DNA of 64,000 bases from Candidatus Thiodiazotropha sp. DIVDIV (GTDB taxonomy: Bacteria; Pseudomonadota; Gammaproteobacteria; Chromatiales; Chromatiaceae), in contig JBEVXD010000006.1 of NCBI GenBank assembly GCA_040506275.1, positions 142,811 to 206,810 on the forward strand, written 5' to 3'. Positions 46,874-59,069 of this stretch are shown piece by piece. The notes under the pieces are model-generated. The model was not told the DNA's origin. It saw nothing but the letters and a program-made list of their open reading frames with translations, and did no database searches. The number at the start of each line of letters is the position of its first letter. Within the stretch, counting starts at the first letter, position 1. A program made the translations under genes and the position numbers.

Positions 46874-48277
46874 ATGAGTGCAAAGACGCTATACGATAAA
46901 TTGTGGGAGTCCCATCTGGTGCGATCCGATGAGGATGGCACAGCGCTGATCTATATCGATCGCCATCTGGTGCACGAAGTGACTTCCCCTCAGGCATTTG
47001 AGGGCTTGCGTATTGCGGGTCGAAAGCCTTGGCGTACCGAAGCCAATCTGGCAACGCCGGATCATAATGTTCCAACTACAGAGCGCTCTGGCGGGGTTAA
47101 AACCATCGTTGATCCGATCTCTAGGCTCCAGGTAGAGACCCTGGATCAGAACTGTAAGGATTTCGATATTACCGAGTTTGAGATGCTTGATCCACGACAG
47201 GGGATTGTACATGTCATCAGTCCCGAACAAGGGGCCACTCTTCCCGGTATGACAGTCGTGTGTGGTGATTCCCATACATCAACCCATGGTGCAATGGGTG
47301 CACTGGCTTTCGGTATTGGTACTTCTGAGGTCGAGCATGTACTGGCCACTCAGTGTCTGATTCAGAAAAAGTCGAAATCGATGCAGGTTCGTGTCGAGGG
47401 GATGGTCAGGTCAGGGGTAACAGCGAAAGATATCGTGTTGGCGATTATTGGCAGGATCGGTACTGCAGGAGGGACAGGTTTTGCAATCGAATTTGCCGGT
47501 GATGCTATTGAGGCGCTCTCAATTGAAGGTCGTCTGACGCTCTGCAATATGGCCATTGAAGCTGGTGCCAGAGCAGGCTTTGTCGCAGTGGACCAAAAGA
47601 CGATCGACTATGTCAAAGGCAGGCCCTATGCACCAAAGGGAGATGACTGGGAAAAAGCAGTAGCCAATTGGCAAACGCTCCATAGTGATCCGGGTGCTAG
47701 CTTCGATCAGGTCATTCAACTCGACGCGTCTGATATTGCCCCTCAAGTGACCTGGGGAACCTCACCTGAAATGGTAGTGGGTGTAGATCATTCCGTACCT
47801 GATCCCGCGGATGAATCTGACCGGGTCAAGGCAGAGGGTATGAGTCGAGCTCTGGAATATATGGGGCTGGAGGCGGGCACTCCGATTCAAGAGATCGCTG
47901 TCGACAAGGTATTCATCGGTTCCTGTACCAACTCACGCATTGAGGATCTACGTGCCGCAGCCGAGGTGGCAAAGGGTAAGCGGGTTGCAGATAACGTCAA
48001 GCTGGCACTGGTTGTACCGGGATCTGGATTGGTCAAGGCGCAAGCTGAGCAAGAGGGGTTGGACCAGCTCTTTGTTGAGGCCGGCTTTGAATGGCGTGAG
48101 CCGGGTTGCTCCATGTGTCTGGCTATGAATGCTGATCGGCTGGAGCCAGGAGAGCGATGCGCCTCAACCTCCAATCGCAATTTTGAGGGGAGACAAGGGC
48201 AGGGTGGACGAACCCATTTGGTCAGTCCGGCAATGGCCGCAGCCGCAGCCGTTAATGGGCATTTTGTTGACCTTTAA
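46874..48277 (+). CDS. leuC: 3-isopropylmalate dehydratase large subunit
   Basis: [16 protein letters not shown]...HEVTSPQAF...VCGDSHT...[12 protein letters not shown]...GCSMCLAMN are canonical LeuC motifs. Confidence 0.95.
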   Translation: MSAKTLYDKLWESHLVRSDEDGTALIYIDRHLVHEVTSPQAFEGLRIAGRKPWRTEANLATPDHNVPTTERSGGVKTIVDPISRLQVETLDQNCKDFDITEFEMLDPRQGIVHVISPEQGATLPGMTVVCGDSHTSTHGAMGALAFGIGTSEVEHVLATQCLIQKKSKSMQVRVEGMVRSGVTAKDIVLAIIGRIGTAGGTGFAIEFAGDAIEALSIEGRLTLCNMAIEAGARAGFVAVDQKTIDYVKGRPYAPKGDDWEKAVANWQTLHSDPGASFDQVIQLDASDIAPQVTWGTSPEMVVGVDHSVPDPADESDRVKAEGMSRALEYMGLEAGTPIQEIAVDKVFIGSCTNSRIEDLRAAAEVAKGKRVADNVKLALVVPGSGLVKAQAEQEGLDQLFVEAGFEWREPGCSMCLAMNADRLEPGERCASTSNRNFEGRQGQGGRTHLVSPAMAAAAAVNGHFVDL

Positions 48278-48353
48278 CTACAGAAATAATGTTAAGTATA
48301 TTCCTTAAGTAACTGATTATTTATAAGAATATGCTAACCGTGAGGATAAACTA

Positions 48354-48992
48354 ATGGATAAATTCGAGACCTTCACCGGCATTGTCTGCCCGCTGGATCG
48401 ATCCAATGTGGATACTGATGCGATTATTCCTAAACAATTTCTTAAGTCGATTAAGCGATCAGGATTCGGTCCCAACCTGTTTGATGAGTGGCGCTACCTG
48501 GATCAGGGTGAGCCGGGTATGGATAACAGTAATCGCCCTTTGAACCCCGATTTTGTACTCAATGACCCTCGCTACCAGGGTGCCCAGCTGTTACTGGCCC
48601 GGGAGAACTTTGGTTGTGGTTCATCCAGGGAGCATGCCCCCTGGGCTTTGGAAGACTATGGGTTCAAAGTTATTATCGCGCCAAGCTATGCCGATATTTT
48701 CTTTAATAATTGTTTCAAGAATGGCATATTACCTGTTGTTCTAGATGAGAAAAAAGTTGATGACTTGTTTGCTCAGGCAACCTTTGAGCAAGCGCTTTCC
48801 CTGACTGTGGATTTGCAGGCCCAGGAGCTGGTTATAGGGGATGGTGAGCGGATCACCTTTGAGGTGGATCCTTTTCGTAAGCATTGTTTGCTCAATGGGC
48901 TGGATGATATCGGCCTGACTCTGCAACATGTGGATTTGATCAAGGCCTATGAAGCGCGACGTAAAAGTGAAGCGCCTTGGCTGTTTTCTTGA
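48354..48992 (+). CDS. leuD: 3-isopropylmalate dehydratase small subunit
   Basis: [23 protein letters not shown]...[16 protein letters not shown] is the canonical LeuD sequence. Confidence 0.95.
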   Translation: MDKFETFTGIVCPLDRSNVDTDAIIPKQFLKSIKRSGFGPNLFDEWRYLDQGEPGMDNSNRPLNPDFVLNDPRYQGAQLLLARENFGCGSSREHAPWALEDYGFKVIIAPSYADIFFNNCFKNGILPVVLDEKKVDDLFAQATFEQALSLTVDLQAQELVIGDGERITFEVDPFRKHCLLNGLDDIGLTLQHVDLIKAYEARRKSEAPWLFS

Positions 48993-49003
48993 GGTGAGGA
49001 TAG

Positions 49004-50080
49004 ATGAGCAAGCAAATTTTAGTTCTGCCGGGTGACGGTATTGGTCCTGAAATCGTAACTGAAGCGGTCAAGGTTTTGGCCACTTTACGTGATAATTATG
49101 GACTGGATATCGATATGGATGAGGCATTGGTAGGTGGCGCGGCGATAGATGCCACCGGTGGTCCACTACCTGATGCTACCCTGGATTTGGCCAAAGAGGC
49201 GGATGCGATCTTGCTGGGCGCGGTTGGCGGGCCGAAATGGGAGCAGCTCGATATCTCCATTCGTCCAGAGAAAGGGCTGCTTGGACTGCGTGCCGAGTTG
49301 AATCTGTTCGCTAACCTGCGTCCGGCAATACTCTATCCGCAGCTGGCGGATGCTTCCAGTCTGAAAGCCGATATCGTGGCTGGCCTGGATATCATGATCG
49401 TGCGCGAACTGACCGGTGGTATCTACTTTGGACAGCCAAGGGGTATCCGGGAGTTGGATGGTGGTGAGCGTCAGGGATTCAACACACTCATATATAGAGA
49501 GTCCGAGGTCGATCGTATTGCACGGGTTGCTTTCGATATCGCCAAGAAACGGGACAGCAGGGTCTGCTCAGTGGATAAAGCGAATGTACTTGAATGCACA
49601 GAGCTCTGGCGTGAGGTGGTGACTAGAGTCGGCAGTGAGCATGCTGATGTCTCCCTGAGCCATATGTATGTGGACAATGCCGCCATGCAGCTGGTGAAAT
49701 GGCCCAAACAGTTTGATGTGATTGTGACTACCAACATGTTTGGCGATATTCTTTCAGATTGTGCCGCGATGTTGACCGGTTCCATCGGTATGTTGCCGTC
49801 TGCATCCCTGGATGAGCAGAGCAAGGGTATGTATGAGCCGATTCATGGCTCAGCGCCGGATATTGCAGGGAAAGGGGTTGCCAATCCACTGGCGACGATC
49901 CTCTCGGTTGCTATGATGTTGCGTTACAGTCTGGATGAGTCGGACATGGCGGATCGGGTGGAACAGGCAGTGAATAGTGTATTGGACCAAGGCTTGCGTA
50001 CTTCGGATATCCTCGGAGAGGGAATGAATGAAGTAAGCTGTGAAGCCATGGGGGATGCTGTAGTTGCCGCGCTGAATTGA
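49004..50080 (+). CDS. leuB: 3-isopropylmalate dehydrogenase
   Basis: [13 protein letters not shown]...NLFGDILSD...[16 protein letters not shown] is the canonical LeuB sequence. Confidence 0.95.
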   Translation: MSKQILVLPGDGIGPEIVTEAVKVLATLRDNYGLDIDMDEALVGGAAIDATGGPLPDATLDLAKEADAILLGAVGGPKWEQLDISIRPEKGLLGLRAELNLFANLRPAILYPQLADASSLKADIVAGLDIMIVRELTGGIYFGQPRGIRELDGGERQGFNTLIYRESEVDRIARVAFDIAKKRDSRVCSVDKANVLECTELWREVVTRVGSEHADVSLSHMYVDNAAMQLVKWPKQFDVIVTTNMFGDILSDCAAMLTGSIGMLPSASLDEQSKGMYEPIHGSAPDIAGKGVANPLATILSVAMMLRYSLDESDMADRVEQAVNSVLDQGLRTSDILGEGMNEVSCEAMGDAVVAALN

Positions 50081-50134
50081 GTGTGATGGTATGTGTCTAT
50101 CACATATACAAGTTTTTCTAACAGGTTATTGAAG

Positions 50135-51250
50135 ATGAAAAGAGTCGGTTTTGTAGGTTGGCGAGGTATGGTGGGTTCGGTCCTTATGGGGCGGATGCTC
50201 GAAGAGGATGACTTTTCCCTGATAGATGAGCCGGTCTTCTTTACTACCTCCCAGGTTGGACAGACCGGTCCTGATATCGGTAAAGAGATTCCCGCCTTGA
50301 AAGATGCCACATCACTGGATGAGTTGATGGCTATGGAGGCTATCGTGACCTGTCAGGGTGGTAGCTACACCAATCAGGTTTATGATCAATTGCGTGCCGC
50401 CGGTTGGCAGGGTTATTGGATTGATGCAGCTTCCAGTCTGCGCATGAAAGACCACACCTTGATCGTACTTGATCCGGTCAATGAGTCTGTAATTCGTGAT
50501 GGACTTGCTGGGGGCAAACGGGACTTCATCGGTGGAAACTGCACGGTCAGTTTGATGTTGATGGCGCTCGGTGGACTGTTTCGTGAAGATCTTGTGGAGT
50601 GGGCCACTTCGATGACCTACCAGGCGGCTTCAGGTGCGGGCGCACGCAACATGCGTGAATTGATCAGTCAGATGGGGGCTTTGGAGCTGGCTGTGCGTGA
50701 TCAACTCGTCGATCCCGCTTCAGCTATTCTGGACATTGACCGTAAAGTTTCCGAAAGCATGCGCAGCGATGCCTTCCCTACAGATAATTTCGGTGCTGCC
50801 CTTGCCGGAAGCCTGATTCCCTGGATCGATGTGCCGCTCGAAAATGGCCAGAGCAAGGAAGAGTGGAAAGGGTATGTAGAGACCAATAAGATACTGGGTC
50901 GAAGTGATAACCCCATCCCAATAGATGGAACCTGTGTGCGAATAGGGGCCATGCGATGCCATAGTCAGGCACTTACCATAAAGTTACGTAAGGACGTGCC
51001 GATAGACGAGGTGGAGTCGATGCTGGATGGCGCCAATGATTGGGTGAAAGTTGTACCGAATCAGCGTGATGTCACGGTGAATGATTTGAATCCGGCTCAG
51101 GTGACTGGAACCTTGAGTGTTCCTGTTGGGCGTCTGCGAAAGATGAACCTGGGCGAAGAGTATCTGAATGCATTCACTGTTGGCGATCAATTGCTGTGGG
51201 GAGCAGCTGAACCATTACGTCGGATGCTGAGGATTCTGCTGGAAGAGTAA
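50135..51250 (+). CDS. asd: Aspartate-semialdehyde dehydrogenase
   Basis: [17 protein letters not shown]...[13 protein letters not shown] (active-site Cys) is the canonical gamma-type Asd sequence. Confidence 0.95.
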   Translation: MKRVGFVGWRGMVGSVLMGRMLEEDDFSLIDEPVFFTTSQVGQTGPDIGKEIPALKDATSLDELMAMEAIVTCQGGSYTNQVYDQLRAAGWQGYWIDAASSLRMKDHTLIVLDPVNESVIRDGLAGGKRDFIGGNCTVSLMLMALGGLFREDLVEWATSMTYQAASGAGARNMRELISQMGALELAVRDQLVDPASAILDIDRKVSESMRSDAFPTDNFGAALAGSLIPWIDVPLENGQSKEEWKGYVETNKILGRSDNPIPIDGTCVRIGAMRCHSQALTIKLRKDVPIDEVESMLDGANDWVKVVPNQRDVTVNDLNPAQVTGTLSVPVGRLRKMNLGEEYLNAFTVGDQLLWGAAEPLRRMLRILLEE

Positions 51251-51577
51251 TTCCAGCGCTGTACTACACGTATGGATTTGTGATGGGGATAAATTGGGGT
51301 GGGGATCTAAAAATCTTCCTCACACCAAGAAAGGACGAAAGTGAAAAATACGACCGATTTCTCACTTCTTAGAGGTTGAACCCATATCCCTGTACAGTAT
51401 TGCGAAATATAGTGTGATGATCCTTTTAGTTTTGGTAAAAAGATCATTCATAAGCTATAGTTAGCGACTAATTATTAAGTTTATTCTAAACCATTCGGGG
51501 CTGAACGGCGGGCCTCTGACCCACTGTGTCAAGGTGACTTTTTGGCCGGTGGTTATGTTTTCTGGCAAGGAGGAAGC

Positions 51578-54379
51578 ATGATTCGTAAGCTGTCTTTGGC
51601 AGTGGCTGTAGCAACAGCCCTATCACCATTGGGCGCTCTCGCTCTCGGACTAGGTGAAATTCACCCTCAATCGGCACTCAATCAGAGCTTCAAAGCCGAT
51701 ATCGATCTGCTTTCCGTTTCCCAGGAAGAGTTGCAGGATGTACGCGTCTCGCTGGCTTCTTTAGAAGCCTTTAAAAAAGCGGGTATGGACAGGCCTTTTC
51801 ATTTAACTTCACTGAAGTTTGCTACGCAGCTGACAGCTTCTGGCAATCCGGTAATCTCAATCAGCAGTAAGGATCCAATACGCGAGCCCTTTCTGAATTT
51901 TCTCGTAGAAGTCAATTGGCCGAAAGGCAGGTTGGTCAGAGAATTTACAGTACTGCTGGATCCGCCGGTAACCCTGAGTCGTAAGCCTACACCCGTTGCA
52001 GCACCGGTTGTCAGAAGCCAGCCGGTTACCAAAGTGATCCCAAGCCGCAGGGCAAAAGCACCTGCAGCCAGCATGCCCTCAAATGTAGCGATGAGTTCTG
52101 GAGGGGGTAGGGAGTACGGACCGGTACAGCCTAATGACAACCTCTGGAATATCGCCAAACAGATGCGTGAAGGTGGTGAGTCAATCGAGCAAGTGATGAT
52201 GTCTCTGCTGGACAACAACCCTTCAGCGTTCATCAAAAACAACGTAAACAACCTCAAGGTCGGTAAGATCTTACGCTTGCCTGAGGATGCGAATGTCACT
52301 GGCATGACCAAGCGTGAAGCACGTGAAGAGTTCATGGCTCAGACAAGAGAGTGGCAGTCGGGCTCCCGAAGTGCCGCAACACCTAAAAAGAGCAGACAAC
52401 AACCAACTACTCAGGCCTCTTCCCCAGAACCCAAGGATCGGTTGAAACTCGTCTCTCCAAAACCGGGCACAGGTGAGTCTGCTGAACGGGAAGGCATTGC
52501 AGAATCTGCCGAGATTGATCGTCTACAGCAAGAAATTTTATTGGTTAGGGAGTCCAATGAGGGTGCACTGCAAGAGAACAGCGCACTGAAATCACGAGTA
52601 CAGGATCTCGAAAAACAGATTCAGGATATACAACGGCTGCTGACACTCCGTAGCGATGAGCTTGCTGAAGTTCAGGCAGCACAATCCACTGCTTCTCAGA
52701 AGATGGAAGAGATGCAGCCTGCTGCTGAAGCAGAAACACCTGTAGCTGAAGCAGAAGCACCTGTAACTGAAGCAGAGGTAGTGGCAGAACCTGCAGAAGA
52801 GATGGTGCCAGCTGAACCTGCAATGGCGGAATCGGAGATACCTCCTGCCTATGAAGTAAAAGCACCTGCAATGCCAGTGCCTGAAGGTACTGTTATAGAC
52901 GAAGTTGATATTGAATCGAAAATAGATACTGAGCAGGGCAAGATGGCTATGGAGCCGCCTGTAACTGAGGCAGAGCCTGCACCAGCATCTACACCTGCTG
53001 CTGAGAAAGCGGAAGCCAAACCGGCGCAACCAGAACCAAAGCTGGCCGAACCACCAGTGGCTAAATTGCCAGAAAAGAAGGTGAGTTACTTCGACGGTTT
53101 GAAAGAGAACAGCACCATGCTGGCTATTATCGGTGGTGCAGGTGTCCTGTTGATCGGTCTATTGACCATGATCATGCGGCGTCGTAAAGAAGCCGAGGCA
53201 GAGTTTGCCGAGAGTATTCTGGTCTCGCCGGATAGCGATATCGTACCAACCGGTGCAGATGATAGTAGTTCTCTGACTTCGCCTACCGATGAAACCTCCT
53301 TCATGAGTGATTTCTCACCCAGCGATATCGATGCACTGCAGGATGAAACTGGTGAGGTTGATCCTCTCTCTGAGGCAGACGTCTATATTGCTTACGGTCG
53401 ATATCAGCAGGCTGAGGAGCTCATCAATCAGGCCATTGAGAAGTTTCCTGACCGTGATGAGCTCAAGCATAAGCTGCTTGAGATCTACTTTTCCGCTAAA
53501 AAATCTGATGAATACTCAGCCCTTGCGCAGCAACTGCATGACAACGGCTTGGCCGAGCAACAACCTGATGCCTGGAGCAAGATCACCGCTATGGGTAAGG
53601 AGCTGAATCCTGGACATGCCCTGTTTGCAGGTGCGGCAGGAATGGCTGCTGCGGATCTGTCGGACGATCTTGATGATCTGGATCTGGATCTGGGTTCTGT
53701 TGCCGATATTGAAGAGCCTGCTCCTGTTCCTGAAGCGCCTCAGGATGTTATTTCGGATGCGTCAGATGAATTGGACTCCATGGATCTGAATGGCTTGGAA
53801 AACCTCGATGAGATGGATTCGGAAACTCTTGAAGCCGACCTCTCGCTTGATTCAGAATTTCTGAACAAGATGGATGGTGCGGAAGACGAGACTCCGATGG
53901 AGGATTCCGATGCGCTGGATATTGATCTGAGTGATCTTGAGATCGATTCAGTACCTTCATCCGGAATCGAATCCAAGCCGGCAGCTGAAGAGAGTTCTGA
54001 AGACCCGCTCCCCTTTGATCTTTCCGACATAGAGGATAGTGAGGCCCTGGATGATATCGTTGATGGTATTGAGGTAGAAGATTCGGAAGCTCTCGATGAC
54101 CTGGATCTGGATAGCATCGAGCGCGAACTGGAAAATATCTCCACCGATCTGGACAGTGAATCAGGCGATGTTGATGAGATGAGTCTACTGCACAGCCATA
54201 GTGAGAATCTTGATCTGGATTCTACAGATGAGATAACCACCAAGCTGGATCTGGCCCGTGCCTATATCGATATGGGTGACAATGAGGGTGCCAAGAGCAT
54301 ACTTGAAGAGGTTGTGGGTGAAGGCAGTGAACCTCAGCAGAAAGAGGCTCAGGATTTACTGACCAGCCTCACTAGCTGA
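51578..54379 (+). CDS. fimV: FimV/HubP-family peptidoglycan-binding polar scaffold protein
   Basis: The signal/N-terminal FimV motif is LGLGEIHPQSALNQSFKADIDL and a LysM segment is NLWNIAKQM...LKVGKILRLP. A long acidic Pro/Glu/Ala-rich region, one TM and the C-terminal FimV motif LDLARAYIDMGDNEGAKSILEEV follow. ATG at 51578 comes after AAGGAGG. Confidence 0.85.
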   Translation: MIRKLSLAVAVATALSPLGALALGLGEIHPQSALNQSFKADIDLLSVSQEELQDVRVSLASLEAFKKAGMDRPFHLTSLKFATQLTASGNPVISISSKDPIREPFLNFLVEVNWPKGRLVREFTVLLDPPVTLSRKPTPVAAPVVRSQPVTKVIPSRRAKAPAASMPSNVAMSSGGGREYGPVQPNDNLWNIAKQMREGGESIEQVMMSLLDNNPSAFIKNNVNNLKVGKILRLPEDANVTGMTKREAREEFMAQTREWQSGSRSAATPKKSRQQPTTQASSPEPKDRLKLVSPKPGTGESAEREGIAESAEIDRLQQEILLVRESNEGALQENSALKSRVQDLEKQIQDIQRLLTLRSDELAEVQAAQSTASQKMEEMQPAAEAETPVAEAEAPVTEAEVVAEPAEEMVPAEPAMAESEIPPAYEVKAPAMPVPEGTVIDEVDIESKIDTEQGKMAMEPPVTEAEPAPASTPAAEKAEAKPAQPEPKLAEPPVAKLPEKKVSYFDGLKENSTMLAIIGGAGVLLIGLLTMIMRRRKEAEAEFAESILVSPDSDIVPTGADDSSSLTSPTDETSFMSDFSPSDIDALQDETGEVDPLSEADVYIAYGRYQQAEELINQAIEKFPDRDELKHKLLEIYFSAKKSDEYSALAQQLHDNGLAEQQPDAWSKITAMGKELNPGHALFAGAAGMAAADLSDDLDDLDLDLGSVADIEEPAPVPEAPQDVISDASDELDSMDLNGLENLDEMDSETLEADLSLDSEFLNKMDGAEDETPMEDSDALDIDLSDLEIDSVPSSGIESKPAAEESSEDPLPFDLSDIEDSEALDDIVDGIEVEDSEALDDLDLDSIERELENISTDLDSESGDVDEMSLLHSHSENLDLDSTDEITTKLDLARAYIDMGDNEGAKSILEEVVGEGSEPQQKEAQDLLTSLTS

Positions 54380-54420
54380 TCTTAATCTGTTCCGAACATT
54401 TTGTGTTCGGATGAATAGAG

Positions 54421-54451
54421 GGGCGCACCGGGTGGGTGCGCCCTTTTTTTT
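54421..54451 (+). terminator. Rho-independent terminator after fimV
   Basis: GGGCGCACC-GGGT-GGGTGCGCCC is followed by TTTTTTTT. Confidence 0.85.
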
Positions 54452-54540
54452 CAGGAACTTTTTGTCATAAGCGGATTCCATTCAGAACAGTTGAAGGCCC
54501 AATTTTCCAAGGTCCTTACAATGATGAGCGAGGTTTTTTA

Positions 54541-55296
54541 ATGAGGGTGGCCCTGGGAATAGAGTATGACGGAACTGCTTTTCACGGCTGGCAGTATCAG
54601 GGTGACGTTCGTAGTGTTCAGGAGTCGTTGCAAACCGCGCTCTCAAAAGTCGCTGACCATGAGGTTACTGTCCACTGTGCCGGCAGAACAGATACCGGTG
54701 TGCATGCCACTGGACAGGTGGTACATTTTGAAACGTCTGCGGTCAGGTCTGAACGATCCTGGATCCTGGGTAGCAATGTGAATCTTCCTGCAGATGTCAG
54801 TGTGAGCTGGGCACAGGAAATGCCGAAGACCTTCCATGCCCGCTTTAGCGCAGTTGGGCGGCATTATCGCTATCTTATTCTGAATCGGCCCTATCGTTCA
54901 GCCCTGTGGCGAAATCGTGCGGTCTGGATGCACCAGTCGTTGGATGAGGTGGTTATGCACAAAGCTGCTCAGCATCTGGTTGGAACTCACGATTTTTCAT
55001 CTTATCGGGCGATTGGTTGTCAGGCAAAACACCCGGTTAGAACCGTTCATAGACTGACAGTCTCCCGGCAGGGAGAGATGGTGAGTATAGATATCCACGC
55101 GAATGCGTTTCTACACCATATGGTACGCAATATTGCTGGTGTATTAGTGGCAATCGGTAAAGGCGAACAGCCAGAGTCCTGGGCGGCAGAGGTTTTGGCT
55201 TTGCGAGATCGTACATTGGGTGGTGTCACAGCATCACCTCAAGGGTTGTGTCTTACAAAGGTGGATTACCCTGATGAGTTCAAACTGGGTGGTTGA
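54541..55296 (+). CDS. truA: tRNA pseudouridine(38-40) synthase
   Basis: MRVALGIEYDGTAFHGWQYQ...AGRTDTGVHATGQVVHF carries the catalytic Asp motif. Confidence 0.9.
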   Translation: MRVALGIEYDGTAFHGWQYQGDVRSVQESLQTALSKVADHEVTVHCAGRTDTGVHATGQVVHFETSAVRSERSWILGSNVNLPADVSVSWAQEMPKTFHARFSAVGRHYRYLILNRPYRSALWRNRAVWMHQSLDEVVMHKAAQHLVGTHDFSSYRAIGCQAKHPVRTVHRLTVSRQGEMVSIDIHANAFLHHMVRNIAGVLVAIGKGEQPESWAAEVLALRDRTLGGVTASPQGLCLTKVDYPDEFKLGG

Positions 55297-55387
55297 ATAA
55301 CACTCACATAATTGAGGAGACATTTGCTCGCGGGTTAAAAAATGACCATAGCTTCGACTCTATGCATACTGTATCTTTCTGCACTCT

Positions 55388-56014
55388 ATGAGAACTAGAA
55401 TCAAGATTTGCGGAATTACCCGTCCGGAAGATGGGCAAGCTGCTGCTCGACTCGGAGCAGATGCCATCGGATTGGTGTTTTACCCCCCCAGTCCCAGGGC
55501 GGTTACCCCTGCCCAGGCATCACTGATTGTGAAAAGCCTGCCGCCTTTTGTTACAGTTGTGGGTCTGTTCGTGAACGAAGATAGATCGGTCATCGAACAT
55601 ATCCTCAAAGAGGTACCCCTCAATCTGCTTCAGTTTCATGGTGATGAGTCCCCGGAAGAGTGCAGTGGATTCGGCAGGCCATGGATTAAAGCAATCCGAA
55701 TGAAACCGGATATTGACCTGGCATTTGAGGCGCAAGCCTATGCTTCAGGTTCAGGCTTGCTGCTAGATACTTATCAGGCTGGCGTACCTGGAGGCACTGG
55801 TCAGGTTTTTGACTGGAGCATGGTGCCCCAGTCCCTGGCCGACAAGATCATTCTGGCTGGTGGATTGAATAGTGAGAATGTGACTCAAGCTGTACAGCAG
55901 CTGCGACCATTTGCGGTTGATGTTAGTGGCGGTGTGGAAGAATCGAAGGGAATCAAAGATACGACAAAGATAGAGGCCTTCATTACGGGAGTGATGCGTG
56001 GTGACAACGACTGA
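55388..56014 (+). CDS. trpF: Phosphoribosylanthranilate isomerase
   Basis: [13 protein letters not shown]...[10 protein letters not shown]...[10 protein letters not shown] is the canonical TrpF sequence. Confidence 0.9.
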   Translation: MRTRIKICGITRPEDGQAAARLGADAIGLVFYPPSPRAVTPAQASLIVKSLPPFVTVVGLFVNEDRSVIEHILKEVPLNLLQFHGDESPEECSGFGRPWIKAIRMKPDIDLAFEAQAYASGSGLLLDTYQAGVPGGTGQVFDWSMVPQSLADKIILAGGLNSENVTQAVQQLRPFAVDVSGGVEESKGIKDTTKIEAFITGVMRGDND

Positions 56015-57215
56015 AAATATGATTGGGAGCTATCCTGACGAACGTGGACATTTCGGATCCTATGGCGGGGTATTCGTCTCCGAAACATTGATGGCACCGC
56101 TAGATGAATTACGCGTGGCCTATCAACATTATATGAAGGATGAAGCGTTTCTGAAGGAGTTGGATGAAGACCTGAAACACTATGTGGGTCGTCCTTCGCC
56201 AATCTACCATGCAAAGCGCTGGAGTCAGGAATTGAAGGGTGCTCAGATCTACCTTAAGCGGGAAGATCTCAACCATACTGGTGCTCATAAGGTGAATAAC
56301 ACCGTAGGCCAGGCCCTGCTGGCTCGCCATATGGGTAAAACCCGCATCATTGCGGAGACAGGGGCCGGACAACATGGCGTTGCTTCCGCGACTGTAGCCG
56401 CACGTCTGGGGCTGGAGTGTGTGGTCTATATGGGATCGGTTGATATTGCCCGCCAGGAGGCCAATGTCTATCGTATGCGCCTATTGGGCGCGGAGGTCAG
56501 GTCTGTTGAATCTGGCTCTAAAACCCTTAAAGACGCCCTCAATGAGGCGATGCGTGACTGGGTCACGAATGTAGACGACACATTCTATATTATCGGCACT
56601 GTCGCCGGCCCCCATCCCTATCCTGCGATGGTTAGAGATTTTCAATCTGTGATCGGACGGGAAGCGCGCCATCAGATGCTGGATCAGGCGGGTCGTCAAC
56701 CCGATGCGCTGGTTGCTTGTGTAGGAGGGGGGTCGAATGCTATCGGTCTCTTCTACCCGTATCTCGATGATAGAGAAGTTGCTATCTATGGGGTGGAGGC
56801 TGCTGGTGACGGACTGGAGACAGGTCAGCACGCCGCACCACTATGTGCAGGCAAGCCGGGTGTGCTGCATGGCAATCGTACCTATTTAATGGAGGATCCT
56901 GATGGCCAGATCATCGAGACACACTCCATATCAGCTGGTCTGGATTACCCTGGTGTAGGGCCAGAGCATGCCTGGTTGAAAGACAGTGGAAGGGCCAATT
57001 ATGTAGCGGTCACGGATGATGAAGCGCTGACTGCTTTTCATGACCTGACCCGTATCGAAGGTATAATTCCGGCGCTTGAATCGAGTCATGCATTGGCCTA
57101 TGCCGCAAAGCTGGCTCAGACCATGAGTCGCGATCAGATTGTGCTGGTCAATCTTTCTGGTCGAGGTGATAAAGACATGCATACCGTGGCAGCGCACGAA
57201 GGATTGCAGTTATGA
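55998..57215 (+). CDS. trpB: Tryptophan synthase beta chain
   Basis: It has [16 protein letters not shown] and [16 protein letters not shown] (PLP lysine). The start could instead be the ATG at 56019. Confidence 0.95.
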   Translation: MVTTTENMIGSYPDERGHFGSYGGVFVSETLMAPLDELRVAYQHYMKDEAFLKELDEDLKHYVGRPSPIYHAKRWSQELKGAQIYLKREDLNHTGAHKVNNTVGQALLARHMGKTRIIAETGAGQHGVASATVAARLGLECVVYMGSVDIARQEANVYRMRLLGAEVRSVESGSKTLKDALNEAMRDWVTNVDDTFYIIGTVAGPHPYPAMVRDFQSVIGREARHQMLDQAGRQPDALVACVGGGSNAIGLFYPYLDDREVAIYGVEAAGDGLETGQHAAPLCAGKPGVLHGNRTYLMEDPDGQIIETHSISAGLDYPGVGPEHAWLKDSGRANYVAVTDDEALTAFHDLTRIEGIIPALESSHALAYAAKLAQTMSRDQIVLVNLSGRGDKDMHTVAAHEGLQL

Positions 57216-58030
57216 GCATGCTCAAGAAGAAGTTTGATCAACTCCAGCAACAGGGGAAAACTGCGCTTATCCCGTTTATAACTGCAGGTGACCCTTTGCC
57301 AGAGATTACTGTTGATCTGATGCAGGATCTGGTTGCTGCTGGGGCTGATATAATTGAGCTAGGGGTGCCATTTTCAGATCCCATGGCCGATGGTCCTGTC
57401 ATTCAGCGGGCAAGTGAGCGGGCTCTGGAGTATCATGTCAGTCTTAGAGATGTGCTGGATATGGTTCGGCGCTTCAGGCAGATGGATAGTGAAACGCCTG
57501 TAATCTTGATGGGCTATCTCAATCCAATCGAGATCATGGGCTATCAGACATTTGCTGAGAAGGCCGCAGAATCCGGGGTGGATGGTGTCTTGATTGTCGA
57601 TGTGCCACCTGAGGAGGGGCAGGATCTTCAGCAGACACTGAAACAGCAAGGGTTGGATCAAATCTATCTTGTTGCTCCCACCAGCACAGAAGATAGAGTA
57701 GAGCGTATCTGTGAACTCTCTAGCGGCTTCGTCTACTATGTCTCAGTAAAGGGTGTCACAGGAGCCGCTCATCTCGATTTGAAAACTTTGGATGAAAAAC
57801 TGAAACAAATTCGACAAAATACTGATCTGCCTGTAGGTGTCGGATTTGGTATCAAGGACGCCCAGACCGCTGCTGCAGTTTCTCAATTGGCTGATGCGGT
57901 AGTTGTTGGGAGTGCTTTGGTTTCACGGGTTGAAGCGCTGGCCGATCAACCTGAAAAGATAGGTGCAGCCCTGCGGGAACTGCTCTCATCCATGAGACAG
58001 GCAATGGATAGTGCTCAGCCCATCTCCTGA
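57212..58030 (+). CDS. trpA: Tryptophan synthase alpha chain
   Basis: [10 protein letters not shown]...[18 protein letters not shown]...[10 protein letters not shown] is the canonical TrpA sequence. The ATGA start overlaps trpB. Confidence 0.95.
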   Translation: MSMLKKKFDQLQQQGKTALIPFITAGDPLPEITVDLMQDLVAAGADIIELGVPFSDPMADGPVIQRASERALEYHVSLRDVLDMVRRFRQMDSETPVILMGYLNPIEIMGYQTFAEKAAESGVDGVLIVDVPPEEGQDLQQTLKQQGLDQIYLVAPTSTEDRVERICELSSGFVYYVSVKGVTGAAHLDLKTLDEKLKQIRQNTDLPVGVGFGIKDAQTAAAVSQLADAVVVGSALVSRVEALADQPEKIGAALRELLSSMRQAMDSAQPIS

Positions 58031-58065
58031 ACCCGGGAAAATTACGATAAAGGTTAACTAGATCT

Positions 58066-58926
58066 ATGAGTTGGTTCGAAAAACTGATGCCAAGCCGCAT
58101 CCGTACAGATGCCGGGCATAAACGTGCAGTACCAGAGGGATTATGGGCCAAGTGTCCAGGATGCAGCGCGATCCTCTACCGGGCTGAGATGGAGAGAAAC
58201 CTCGATGTCTGCCCGAAGTGTCACTACCACAACCGAATCGGCGCCAGAAGGCGACTTGAGACCTTCCTTGATCCTGAGCCACAGGAGGAGTTAGGTGTAA
58301 ATCTTGAGTCTGTTGATCCACTGAAATTCAAGGATAGTAAAAAGTATAAGGAACGTTTGACTCAAGCCCAGAAAAACTCCGGTGAAAAGGATGCTTTGGT
58401 GGCCATGCGTGGCCAGCTTAAAGGCCTGGATATCGTGGTAGCAGCATTTGAGTTTGGTTTCATGGGCGGTTCAATGGGGTCTGTGGTCGGTGAACGTTTT
58501 GTGCGTGCCGTCAATATGGCCTTGGAACGACATATCCCCCTGGTCTGTTTTTCTGCCAGTGGCGGTGCTCGCATGCAGGAGTCCCTGTTTTCACTGATGC
58601 AGATGGCTAAGACCAGTGCTGCTCTGGAGCGCCTGCAGAAACGTGGGTTGCCGTTTATCTCTGTGATGACAGACCCGACTATGGGTGGTGTTTCAGCCAG
58701 CCTGGCGATGTTGGGCGATATTAATATTGCTGAACCCAATGCCTTGATCGGATTTGCTGGCCCCAGGGTAATTGAGCAGACAGTACGTGAGAAGTTACCG
58801 GAAGGATTTCAGCGCAGTGAGTTTTTACTCGAGCATGGCGCAATCGATATGATTATCGATCGTCGGGATTTACGTGATCGAGTTGCTGACCTGCTCAGCA
58901 TCCTGATGAGTAAACCAAGGGCTTGA
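58066..58926 (+). CDS. accD: Acetyl-CoA carboxylase carboxyltransferase beta subunit
   Basis: [12 protein letters not shown]..., the zinc ribbon CPGCSAILY...CPKCHYH and a GGARMQE segment are present. Confidence 0.95.
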   Translation: MSWFEKLMPSRIRTDAGHKRAVPEGLWAKCPGCSAILYRAEMERNLDVCPKCHYHNRIGARRRLETFLDPEPQEELGVNLESVDPLKFKDSKKYKERLTQAQKNSGEKDALVAMRGQLKGLDIVVAAFEFGFMGGSMGSVVGERFVRAVNMALERHIPLVCFSASGGARMQESLFSLMQMAKTSAALERLQKRGLPFISVMTDPTMGGVSASLAMLGDINIAEPNALIGFAGPRVIEQTVREKLPEGFQRSEFLLEHGAIDMIIDRRDLRDRVADLLSILMSKPRA

Positions 58927-59069
58927 GCTGGCTTCTGTTTGGGCGCGACACTCGGTGGATATTTGCACTGTCAGCACGCTTTGGAAAAGGCACCCCTTCT
59001 AATGTGGCTCTCGACATATGGGAGCCATCCACTATTGTCTTGCCAGGCAAATACAGCCAATAGATACTG

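Noticed and set aside
53740-54243. 167-aa Ser-rich minus-strand ORF, plus ORFs at 52545-53029
   Set aside because: They are the antisense reading of the acidic Asp/Glu/Leu-rich repeats of fimV. Their low complexity mirrors the sense repeats.
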